Made by a program: the position numbers and the translations under genes. A stretch of DNA of 57,111 bases. Source: a virus. Its lineage: Duplodnaviria; Caudoviricetes. The stretch is taken from the IMG/VR virus record IMGVR_UViG_3300038552_000393, positions 1 through 57,111 of that record; one strand, written 5' to 3'. Shown one piece after another: positions 18,442-29,500 of the stretch; the first letter of the stretch is position 1, and each line of letters opens with the position of its first letter. The notes under the pieces were generated by a model that saw only the letters and a list, made by a program, of their open reading frames with translations, was not told the origin of the DNA and ran no database searches.

Positions 18442-20172
18442 CTATTGAGTAAAGCCGTATCGAATTGTTAAAGGCCCAGAAATACTATCTACTATTGATC
18501 CATCATTGGCGCTGTCGCCGTCGCGGGCAATCCGAACTACCCACTTGGACCCAGGAGTGAGAGCAGCCGCCCATCCGGTCAATGTGTTTCCGCCGGCAGT
18601 TTCAACATCACCTGAGGCCCCAGAACCATCTGCGGTATAGTTAAGGTTGATTGCATCGCCTACCGCCGTGCCGTTATCTGCCGAAGCCGCAATATCGATC
18701 ATAGAAATCACATAATCATGATCCGCAGTATCTGCATCGGAAAGCACAAAGCTGAACCAAGCTACTAAATCAACGGAAGTATCCAAATCGCGCGGGACTT
18801 CGAGGATATATTCAACGTAATTGGTAGCAACGTCCGCGTCATCGGCAAATAGCGCTTGGCCGTAGCTTCGAGCCGTTACCGTTGTCTGCTGTGTCACACC
18901 GGATGCGTAAACATTCGGGGTTGATAGGGTGATATACCCGTAACCCTTCAGGACGTTGCCGGTGCCGTTGGCGTCAATCGCCGCACCCGTTACCGGAGCA
19001 CTGTTTAAGTTGATGCCGGAAGAATTCTGGCCGATCTGAACTATATCGGAACCATCTACGGCCATAGGGATATCATCCCCCGAGGCCGCTTTCCAGTAAA
19101 TGGCCATATTGCTGCCAAGTCGCGGGCCGCCGCCGCCGGCAACAGACGGGTTGGCACCGAAAGAAATACCAGCCATGTTGGGGCTGGCTGTCGATTTGAA
19201 CGTCAGTGCCGAGCCAGAAACCTGAAAAAGAGGGTCGAGCGTGATAAACGGTACTTGGTGGATGTACGGGTCTGCTGCCGTACCAGTGCCGCTTCCTTGA
19301 GCACCCCACACCTCAATGGACGCTTCGGCGGGTCCTGCATTGGCGTACTGACCGCGATAAGCGCCGTCACCGGTAATGCTGGCCGGCCCGCGCCTTCCTG
19401 CGGTGTGAGTGTCGGTACTATTGGCTTCGTAAAGACCGAAATCACCGGCAACTCCGCTTTGTTTCGCTACCGTGCTCACTCCAGACGGTGTAATTGTCAT
19501 AACTAGCGCGCTGGAATGATATAAATATAGGGTACCGTCGTCTGTATCCTGGCACCATCCCTCAGTTGTGCTTGAGCAGTCAGATGCTTGATCTATCCCA
19601 TATCCTTGCTCGCCCTGAATACCTTGCTCGCCCTGAATACCTTGCTCGCCCTGAATACCTTGCTCGCCTTGAATGCCTTGCGTCCCCTGCAGGCTGTACG
19701 GACCAAGCCCGGCCCATGTCCCAGCAGCCTTGGGACCGTAATAGGCGTGGTTCGTTGTATCTATATAAAAATCGCCGTTATTTCCGACGCCGGCCGCTGG
19801 AGCGCCAGCCCCGGCGTGCCATTGCGTCCCGGCGGCACCGGCTGGTCCTTGCTGCACGCCAACATAGGATGTCCATGCGCTGTCCTCGTAAACCTGGTAC
19901 ACACCATTCGATGTTACCCGTACCGATTCAATCAATTCCGCCGGGTTGGCGGCGAAATATGTGTCCCTGGCCGTATCGTCGGCGAAACGATAGCTTGATG
20001 GTACACTAATGATAACCGGAGCCCCACTAACGGTTACCGATTCAAACTTCGCGTGATCTGGAAGACTATGAGTCTGACCCGTCAGAGGATCAACCCACAC
20101 CTGACCACAAAAACACTCCCCCGCGCCAAACGCCAACGCCAGCAAAATTATAAAAATCTTTGCGAGTTTCAT
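18442..20172 (-). CDS. Collagen-like fibre protein with signal peptide
   Basis: MKLAKIFIILLALAFG; GNNGDFYIDT..YYGPK fibre motif; QGEQGI Gly-X-Y run; C-terminal RDGD..D domain. Confidence 0.75.
   Translation of the reverse strand: MKLAKIFIILLALAFGAGECFCGQVWVDPLTGQTHSLPDHAKFESVTVSGAPVIISVPSSYRFADDTARDTYFAANPAELIESVRVTSNGVYQVYEDSAWTSYVGVQQGPAGAAGTQWHAGAGAPAAGVGNNGDFYIDTTNHAYYGPKAAGTWAGLGPYSLQGTQGIQGEQGIQGEQGIQGEQGIQGEQGYGIDQASDCSSTTEGWCQDTDDGTLYLYHSSALVMTITPSGVSTVAKQSGVAGDFGLYEANSTDTHTAGRRGPASITGDGAYRGQYANAGPAEASIEVWGAQGSGTGTAADPYIHQVPFITLDPLFQVSGSALTFKSTASPNMAGISFGANPSVAGGGGPRLGSNMAIYWKAASGDDIPMAVDGSDIVQIGQNSSGINLNSAPVTGAAIDANGTGNVLKGYGYITLSTPNVYASGVTQQTTVTARSYGQALFADDADVATNYVEYILEVPRDLDTSVDLVAWFSFVLSDADTADHDYVISMIDIAASADNGTAVGDAINLNYTADGSGASGDVETAGGNTLTGWAAALTPGSKWVVRIARDGDSANDGSIVDSISGPLTIRYGFTQ
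19604..19675. repeat. 18-bp tandem repeat x4 encoding collagen QGEQGI
   Basis: CCTTGCTCGCCCTGAATA repeated; the last copy has two mismatches. Confidence 0.9.
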
Positions 20173-20184
20173 CGCACCTCCTCT

Positions 20185-20439
20185 TTAGCTATAGCTGTAG
20201 CCCGCATAATCGTTCCAAACCTTGTCGTAGAGGTTTGACCCGGAGGCAAACTGGGTATCGGTTACAAGCCCGCCGGCGTCATAGGTCAGCTTGCGGATCT
20301 GCCACCCCGCGGTGGCCTTGGAAGTGCCCGGGGTGGCATATCCGATGTACTCCGGCCGATCGCTGGCGTCATAGACAATGACCTGGATAAGATCGCTTTT
20401 TTCAAAAGGATAGGCGACGGTGTGCATGTTCAGCGGCAT
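20185..20439 (-). CDS. Small putative virion protein
   Basis: YIGYATPG...WQIRKLTYD motif; AGGAGG RBS; first gene of the cassette. Confidence 0.7.
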   Translation of the reverse strand: MPLNMHTVAYPFEKSDLIQVIVYDASDRPEYIGYATPGTSKATAGWQIRKLTYDAGGLVTDTQFASGSNLYDKVWNDYAGYSYS

Positions 20440-20535
20440 GGCGGGCAAGCCTCCTTGTTGGGTAAAGTTAGGTTAAGTTCGAAGACTTCGCCTTATTTTA
20501 ACACGCACGAAAAAGCAGCATGGCGGGATCGGTTG

Positions 20536-20596
20536 CCCGGTAGGACTCCATGGAACCCCATGGAGTCCGGTAGGATGAAAAAAAAGGACTTGACAA
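20536..20596 (-). promoter_or_regulatory. Conserved late-operon upstream element, copy 1
   Basis: Closely similar to 54854-54902; both copies precede late gene blocks. Confidence 0.55.
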
Positions 20597-20597
20597 G

Positions 20598-23500
20598 TCA
20601 GCGCTGGGTCGCGCGAAGCTGCCGGCTGACCTTTTTGCGAGCCCTGGCGCGGGCGTTTTCGATAATGCGCGCGATCTTGCGCGCCCGCGTGGCATCGTCC
20701 CACTTTGCGTAAATGCCGGAGGCGGCCAGCGTTTCGATGCGCGCGGCGGCATCGGCCGACGAGCGCGATAGGTACTCCCGGTACTGGGCCTTGTCCATCT
20801 TGTGCGGCACGCCGCCGATGGTCATGTTGGGGGATGGCGGGCCCATGCGCAAAATACCACCCTTCTGCAGGCGCTCGATCTCGGCAAAGCCCTTGCCGGC
20901 AACCGCGGGTGCCTCGATGGGCGTGGCCAGCTTCGGTTGCCAGGCCGTGGCCACGTGTATGCCGGCGCTGTGCAACAGGGCCGAAAGCCCGTCCTCTTCG
21001 CCCTGCAAAAAGCGCAGCATTTGGCCCACTTGAATCGGCTGCATGTTGATCGCCTGGTTGACCACCACGGACGGCAACCGGTTGAAGCCCGACTCGATCG
21101 GTTCGTGAGACGACTTCTTGACCGTCTTGCCCGTGGTCAAAAGCTCGCCTGCCCCGGTAAACGGCCGGTCGGCCCAGTCACTGCCCGAAAATCCGGCGCC
21201 CATGGCCCGCATGAAGGGCGAGGCCTTGCCCTTGATCAATTTCACCGGATCCAAAAGTTTCAACGGGTCGAAGAAATGCCCGCCCAAGGAAAAGGTCTTG
21301 CGCTCACCGTCAAGTTCAATACCCAGCATGCGGTACAGCTTGGAAATATCGATCTCGGTCCAGCGGAACTTGCTCCAATTGCCGGCGCGCAGTTGCTCGT
21401 CTATGTGCTTTTCCGTATCGTCCTTGCCGTTTAGCAATAACTGCGCAATGATCGTGGACACGGCAATGCGCAAAATCACCCGGCCCATGAACTTGCGATA
21501 CATCGGCGCCATACCCGGAGTCGGGGCCACGTCGCCGATGGCCTTTGAAATCTTCTCGTTCAGCCCTGGAATCATGCCGGTCACCATGCGAAAATTGCTC
21601 TCGGTCCAGTCTGGCGCCAGCAGCATCAGCCGCGACAAAATCTGCAACGTCGGGTTGCGGCCCATGCGCTTTAAGTGCAGCCCGCCGAAGTCCTCATTGA
21701 TCAACCGCGCCACCCGCTCGGCAATCAGGTCCGGATCGGGCGCCGCGGCGCCGGCATGATGCAAATCCTGGGCCTTGGCCAATTCATGCACGTACTCCAC
21801 GCAAAAAGCCTCGGCCTTAAGCCCGGCGAAATACCGCTTGAACAACGAGTTGGTCCAGCGCTCGCGCATGAATTTGCCGCGCGCGATCATGTCTGTGGCC
21901 TTGTCCCATCCAAAATGAGCGGCGATCCGCTCGGCTATGCCAGGGTCCCGGGCCAGGATCTCGTCGGACCAATCCTGCATCTCTCCCAGGGTCAACCCCT
22001 GCCGCACGCCCAGGCTGATCAAGGGATGCAGATCGAACACTTTGTCCAGGCCCGCCTTGTACGCCCGAAAGGGCGCGGCCTTGGCCGGAGCGAGCACGAT
22101 GCCGTCAACCCCGGCCGCCTGCCGGGCCTCGTCTTTTCCGGCAAACTCGCCGATCACGCGGTCCCCGTCACCGGACAGCGCCACATACTTGCCCCGGCCC
22201 CAACCGTGATGCACGCCGAACACCCAACTCCTGGCGCCGGCCAGGTGGTGAAAAAACGAGGACATCAATACCCAGCCCTTGATGGATGAGTTGAACCGCG
22301 AAAGCAGCTTTAAGACCGGCGTATTGGCAAACAAGGGGTCGCTGGCGGTCATCTTATTGATCATCTCGGCCAGGGACGCCGGAGCATAAAGCTTTTGCTT
22401 CTGAAACAGCTTGGAAACCTCCGTGGCCGGACGGTGCTCGATGCGCGCGTAGCCCTGCTCGTCGGCAAAAGTCTTTGCCTGTCGCTCGTCGGTAAATACC
22501 CTGGCGGCCCGGGTGGCCGTGGCATCGGCAAAGACCGCCCAGGTCTCGGGCACCTGCTCGGGGGGCGCCAAAAAGACCTTCTTGCCCCATGAATTGGTCT
22601 CCAGCACGCCACCGAGGCCGGTCATGTCAACGGCCTCGGCCGCCCCGGCCAGTTGCCACACGGCAAAACCCTCGGCCTTCAACTCGCGGTAGTTCTCGTA
22701 GCCCGGTACCCGGCTGGTGTTGGTGGTAAACAGGCTGCGGCCGGAGGCGTCCTTCGTGCCGGCCCCGCGCTGGATGAAGGCCCGGTTGGCCAATACCGTG
22801 ACCAGCTCCTTCATATATTCATGGTAGGAATTGGTGATCCCGGACACGGCCAGTTCGTACCCGTCGGCAATGGCATCCAGGGCCGTCTCGTAAGTCCGCG
22901 GCCGGGCCGCGCCATGGGCCGTCTTGAACCCATGACCGGGGCCGCTCCAGCCCGACATGACGTTAACCCCGTCCTCTCCCGGACGTTTACGGTAGATGCG
23001 CCGCACGTAGTTATCGACATGGCTTTGCACCACCTTGTGATCACGCGCCAGATCGTAAGCCGCTTCGAAGTGCTCGCCCATCCGGTCGGCAAACGCCTTC
23101 TGCTCGTCGGTCAATTGAGAGGCCAAATCCAGAGCCTTGACCACCCCCTGGAGATAAACCCTTCGGGCACCCGAGATCTCCTTATCTTCGAGCTGCAGCG
23201 CGGCCGTTTTTTTAAAACCATCGATCTTGGACATGTCTCCGCCGGCATCGCGATAAAAAAACAGGGCCTGGTCCAATAGCCGGCTTTGCATCGACTCCTT
23301 GATCTTGGGCCGGTAGCCGATGCCAAGATGGATCCGCTTGCGGCTGGCCGGCCCGGCCAGCGTCTGGACCTGTTCCTGCAGCTTGGCGGTCATCACGCTA
23401 ACATTCTGCCGCGCCTGGTCGGCCATCTCGAACAGCTTGTTGGCGAAGCTGCGGTCCTTCTCCAATTCCGCCGTCACCGCCGGCCCGGACGGCTGGGCGG

Positions 23501-26500
23501 CCACCAGGGCGTACTGCGGCATGCTGTCGCGCAGGGCACTCTCCGATCCGTCCGCCGGCCGGCTAAAAAGGCTCCCGCTCTCAATTCCGCGCACCACGGA
23601 ACGGGCCGAGACCGACCGCCGCACCAGATTGGCCAGGGCATCGATCAAATCGGCAATCCTCTGCAAAGTCTTGCCCACGATCCCGGACACCGCCGCGCGT
23701 TTTTTAAGCTGCTCGGCTACCCAGGCGGCCCGGTCTTCCGGCCCGCCGATGTCCTTTTTATTCAGGGCGCTCCACTTTCCGTTGGCGCTAAGCTGCTTGA
23801 TGCGCTGGCGCAACGCGGCCACCTCGCGCGGCGTGATCAATCCGGCGTCTTCCAGAAAATGCACGCTCTCATGGGTCAGTATCCAGCGGTCGGCAAGGTG
23901 CCGGGACAGTTCGATGGTGCCATCCTGGTATCTGCCGGCAACCAGCACGCCGTCATCTGCCATCGCCCCATATCCAAGATTGACGGCAACACGGTTCGGG
24001 TCGATCTTGTCAACCTTGCGGATCTCGATCCCCCGGCCATTGGCCAGCCTGACCCAAATCACATCCGGATCATTGACTGAAACGCCCACTGCCTGGCCGG
24101 GAAAGGCGGCTTGCACGTCGCTTAAAGTCACTTCGCCGGATCGAACCTCCCCCGGCCGGGAAATGGCAAATTGCGGTGACTCCTCGGGCTTGACCCGCGC
24201 CGGTGTCACCTCATCGCCGGGCTCACCTTGCCCGCCCTCATCCAGTTGCGTCAGTTCGCGGTTGATGGCCGCGATGCGCCGGCGGATCTGCTTCAATTCG
24301 TCCCCGTAGCGGAATTTCTCCTTGGCAATGGCGGAAAACTCGGCCAACTCTTTTTGTGCTTCGTCCATCCGTCCCTGGAGATACCGCGGCCGATCGGCCG
24401 CCGCCTCCAAGAACTCGTTAAACGGCCTGGACAGCGCCCCGGGTAGGGTGTTGGCGGATACCTGCCGGCTGTCCAGCCGCCGTCCCTTATGCGATACGAC
24501 AAAAAAAGCGTTTTGCAGCGGCCGCTCCTGCACCGTGCCATCGTCCTTTTCCACCGTGTAAAACGCGAGCGGCGTGGATGGCTTGGCACCGCGATCGTAG
24601 TTCGTGCGGGCGGAAAACGCCAGTTTGACGGCAAAATCTCCCATCGCAAAATCAATGGCTTCGACCAATTCCGGCCCGTGCATGCCGGAAGGGGCGCCCT
24701 TCTTAAAATCGCCCATGGGCTTGCCGACAAATTGCGCCCGCCAGCCGGCCACGATGGCTTCGATTTTCCCGGCAAGCCTGGCAAACGCCTCCTTGCGCGG
24801 CAATGTTTCGCCGTCGATGGTCAGCTCAACAACCTTGTGCCCGGCAAAATGCGTCTCGATATAATCCGCCACGCCGGTCGCCGTGTTTTTTTCGGCCGCG
24901 AGGCGCTCGATTTTCTCCGGCAGTTCAGCCGCCTGGCGCCGGGCCGCGGACACCCGGCGCACATGGCTCTGCTCGGCGATCTGGTACTTGTGCTGCTTGT
25001 GCAGCAAATCGGTCTTTTCGAACAGCAGTTTTCCGGCCTTGCCCGAAGCCGCCGCGGCAAACTCGCCGAAGGTCGCCTGCTCGACCGAAAACGGGTCATC
25101 GAAGTCCCGGCCAGAAATATCGCCCGTCAGCACCTGGTCGGCCCCTTTTTGCTTGCGCATCAGGCGCTGAAACATGACCGAATCCAGGGTATCCTTCGTA
25201 CAGTAATGATAGATCTCGACTTCCTCATTCTCGTTGCCCTGGCGGACGATACGGCCGTCGCGCTGCTCGATGTCCATCGGCCGGTCCGGCACGTTCATAT
25301 GATGGGCCGCCTTCAGCTTTTTAGCGATGTCCACGCCGATGCCCAGCTTGGCCGTGGTGCCGACGATCACGCGCGCTTCGCCTTTCCTGATTTGCTCCTT
25401 CATGCGCGCTTGCAGCTTTTCGTTGGTGCCGGTCTCGGAAAAGAGCAGCACCTCCTTTTCCGGTATGCCCAAGGCCACCAGCTTTTGCTTCAAATTTTGA
25501 TGCAAATTGAACTTGGGCCTTTTTGCGTCATCCTTGATCAGGTCCAAAAAAACGATCTGCGTACTGCGCGCGGATTTGGTTCTTTCCCAAATTTCGTGTA
25601 TTTTTTTGGCGGCTGCATTGGTTTTGCTGGTGGGTTCGTCCGGGTAGTAATCCGGGTCGATCAGCCGCAAATCCACCGCGGCCTTCTTGGCCTGGTTGTA
25701 AAGGGTCAAAGGAACATGCCGTTGCTTGCGCTTTTCACGCCCGGGTAGCTTCTCCCATGCCCGCCATTGTTCGATAATGCCCTTGACAAAGGCCGTCAGC
25801 TCGGGACTTTTTTCGTTGACCACGATGGTCGGTTTGCCCCCCGCAATCTTCGGCAGCGCAAGGTTGGCATCCCGTGTCAGGCGCACATCGGCCCCGGAAA
25901 AAAACATCGACAGCAGCTCCGGGCCATTGATGTATTTTGCAAATCGTTCGACCTCGCGAAAACCCGATGCGGTCTCCTCGGTGTCCTCCACGACATCGCC
26001 AAAATCCGTAGCAAAGCTGTCGAACTGCGCAACACCGTATTCCTTCAAAAGGTCGGGACGCACATAGCGCAACATGGTCCACAATTCGGCCAGGGTGTTT
26101 GATATCGGCGTGCCGGTGGCCGTGATCACGTTCTTGCCGCCGGTCTTCTGCCGCACGAATTCGGCCTTCAGAATCAACCCGGTGCTGCGCTGCGATGATC
26201 CGTTGTCGATCCCTTTGACCTTGTTCAACCGGGTGTAAAACTCGCTGCGCTTGTAAGAATGGACCTCGTCGATCAAAATGGCATCGATCCCCATCTCCTC
26301 GAAGGTCAAGACCTCATCCTTGCGCCGGTCCAACAGCGCTTCCAGTTTCTGCCGCTTGCGCTCCATGAGCTTCACCAGGTCCTTGACCGTAAACGAGTCA
26401 CCCCCCTCGCCGGCCTTGGCATCCTCGATGGCATCCTCGATGGCGGCCAACTGCTCATCCACGAAGGCCCGCTCCCGGCCGGGGTCGTTGGCGATGCCGT

Positions 26501-29500
26501 CGAAAAATGACTGGGGCAGCACGATGGCGTCCCAGTTACCCGTGGCCATGCTCACCAGGGTTTTCTTGCGCATCTTGGAAGAACGCTGGTCCATATCGGG
26601 AATCAGCACCCGGGCGGAAGGATAGAGCAGTTTGAAAGTGTTGCGGTACTGATCGATGGTCTGGTTATGGACCACGATCACCGGCTTGCGGGCCGTGCCG
26701 ATGCGCCGCATCTCCATGGCCGTGGTGATTAAAATTATGGTCTTGCCCGTGCCGACCCCATACGCCAAAAGCACCGATTCCTGCAACGCGCGCGAAACCG
26801 CGATCTTTTGAAGAGAGCGAAGCTTGATGCCTCGCGCGGCACCCGGGTAGTAATCGATGGCAGGCTCGCTATGCCGCCGCAGGATCGTGCCGTTTTTCTC
26901 CTCGTTGTAGACCCTGGCCAGTTCCTTGCCCCATTTCGGATGGGTCTTGGCCCAGCGCACGAACTCCTCGTTCAACTCCTTGCGTTTGAGTTCCGCCTCC
27001 TTGGATGCGTCCTTATCTTCGTAAGTGTGCTTGTTCGCATCGGTTTTCATCACCCTGGGATGATGCAGATTGAGCGACATTTCGACCAGCTCGTCGGCCC
27101 GGTAATTGCGGTCCCCGAAGGTCTCGCGGCTCTTGACCCCGTATTGGCCGCCTTTTACCTTCAAGCTCCAGCCGGCGCCGGTTTCGGTGTTGCGGCGGGA
27201 CACCTCGGCCGTAACTTCCAGGACATCTTGCATGAAGTCCTCGACCGCGCCGGGCAAGACCCAACTCGATCCGAGCCGGAAAGTAATGAACTCGATATCA
27301 AGGTCGGGGGGAATGACCTTTTCAAGCGCTTGGACATTGGCGGTAAAAGACGGGTCATCTTCGGCGGCAAGCCGCGCGCGGGCGAGCTTTTTCTTCACAT
27401 TGCCGGAAAGATACAGATCCCGCGGCTCAATGAGCCCGGTCGCGGGGTTGATGAACCCGAGGCCTTTTTCCACCAGGTCTTTTTTGATTTTTTCAAAATC
27501 CGTCTCGCCCAGCAGATCGGCGATGTAATAAGGCGAAAGCTCGCCGCGGTAGATGATCGACAGGCTGGCGGCGTCCTCGATGCCGCTGGCGGTATCCGGC
27601 TCGACAAACGGGTAAATGGTTCGCGTTTCGAACACCGGCGCCTTTTCGTACCGTATCGCCTCCCCGTCGCCGGGGGCTTCGACTTCCAGCGCATCCACGA
27701 CGGCAAAATCGTTATCCAGCTTCCTTAAAAAGGAATTGGCCGTATTTCCGTTGAACCGGCCGTACTTCGCGACAAAGGCATCATAGCGGTCGTTAAGATC
27801 GCGCTGCAGCCCGGCGATTTCGTCATCCGTGGCCGATTCGGCATTCATGGCGGCAAAGAGCCGCACCGTCAGGTCCCGAATATCCAGATAGGCCTTGACC
27901 CGCTGCATCTGGGCCGGGCTGACCTTTTGCATCTCGCCCTTGCTGTTGGCATACTGCGGGTGGATCAGCCGTCCGTTTTCGATCAGGCGCACCTGCCCGT
28001 CCTTGATCGTCAGGGTGCCCTCCTTGGCCGAAAGTTCGGCGATTTCGACCTTCTCGATTCCGGCCAGGCTCGTGCCCTCGCCGGCAATGTTTTCGGGCAA
28101 CGTCTCGATGGCCGCGGCCAACTGCTCGCTCAATTTTCCGGTCGGCTCCACCGTATAGGTATCACTGCCGTACATCGAACCGCTCATGGCGTGTTTGCCA
28201 AGGACCATCTCGGGGTGCCGGTGAAAATACTCGTTTACCGGGTGCAGCCTGCGGATTTCATCGACCGCCTTGTCAAGCTCCCCTTTCGCCTTGTCCCGTT
28301 CCTCATTGTAGCGCGCCTTGCTGTTTTTACCGGCGTCCTTGGCCGGCTTGCGCGCTTCGATTTCGTTAAGCGCCGCGCGCGCCGCTTCCATCCGCTGATA
28401 GGCTTCTTCGGCGGCCGGCCCTTCCAAGTGCAATGTGGTGCGAAAGTCTTCACCGCCCGAGGTCGCGGTCGAATCTTTTTTGCGCAAAATCAGGATATCG
28501 GTCACTACTTCGGTGCCCGCGTTGGACGCAAAGGCCGTGTTGGGCAGCCGCAACGCACCGATCAGGTCCGCCTGGCCGGCCAGATAGCCCCGCGCGGGTC
28601 CGGCGGCCTTGGCGTCCAATGACCAGTTGGACGTGATGGCGATCATCATCCCGCCCGGCTTGACGGCCGAAAGCGACCGGGCCAAAAAATAATTGTGCAG
28701 TTTCCACCCGTCGTATTCCGGGTGGCGCTTGTCGGACACCTTGATGTCGCCAAAAGGCACGTTGGTGATGGCAAGATCGATGGAGTTATCCAAAATGCCC
28801 TTTGATTTTTCAAAGGGACTGATCTGGATATTGGCTTGGGGATAGAGCTTTTTTAGGATGCCGCCGGAAATGCTGTCCATCTCGACCCCGAACAGGCTGC
28901 TTTTAGCGGATAGATCGTCCGGCATCAACCCGAAAAAATGCCCCGCCCCGGCCGCCGGCTCCAGCACCGTGCCGCCGGCAAACCCCAGGCGCCGCGCCAT
29001 GGCCCACATGGCATCGATCACCTCGCGCGACGTGTAGTGGGCGTTGATCGTCGAACGCTCGGCCGAATCCCACTCTTCCGGGGTCAGCAGACCGCCCGGG
29101 GCCGGGTGCAACTTCTGTCCGTATTTTTCCTTCCAGGCAAGGTAGGCCTTGCCCCGATCCGCATAAAAATAGTTATCCGGGGAGATATGCGCGTCGCGCT
29201 TGAGGTACCTGGTGAAATCGCGGTTGAAGACTTTTTGGGCAAACGCCCCCCAACCCGTGTAGCGGGCCAGGACCTTCTTTTCATCCGGGGCGGGGTTGCG
29301 GTCTTCCTGCTGGAGCAGCTTTAAAAGCTGGATGGCATCGATATTGGCCTTGATCTTGCCCTCGACGCCGGGGGGCACAATCACGTCATCCGGCGCGATG
29401 ACGTGATTGCGGTCTGGCGGGGCTAACTCTCGTTTGCTTCCGGCGGGTTCCGGGCCCACTCCCAGATCTGGAGCTGCAGGTCTTCGTCGATGGGATCGGC

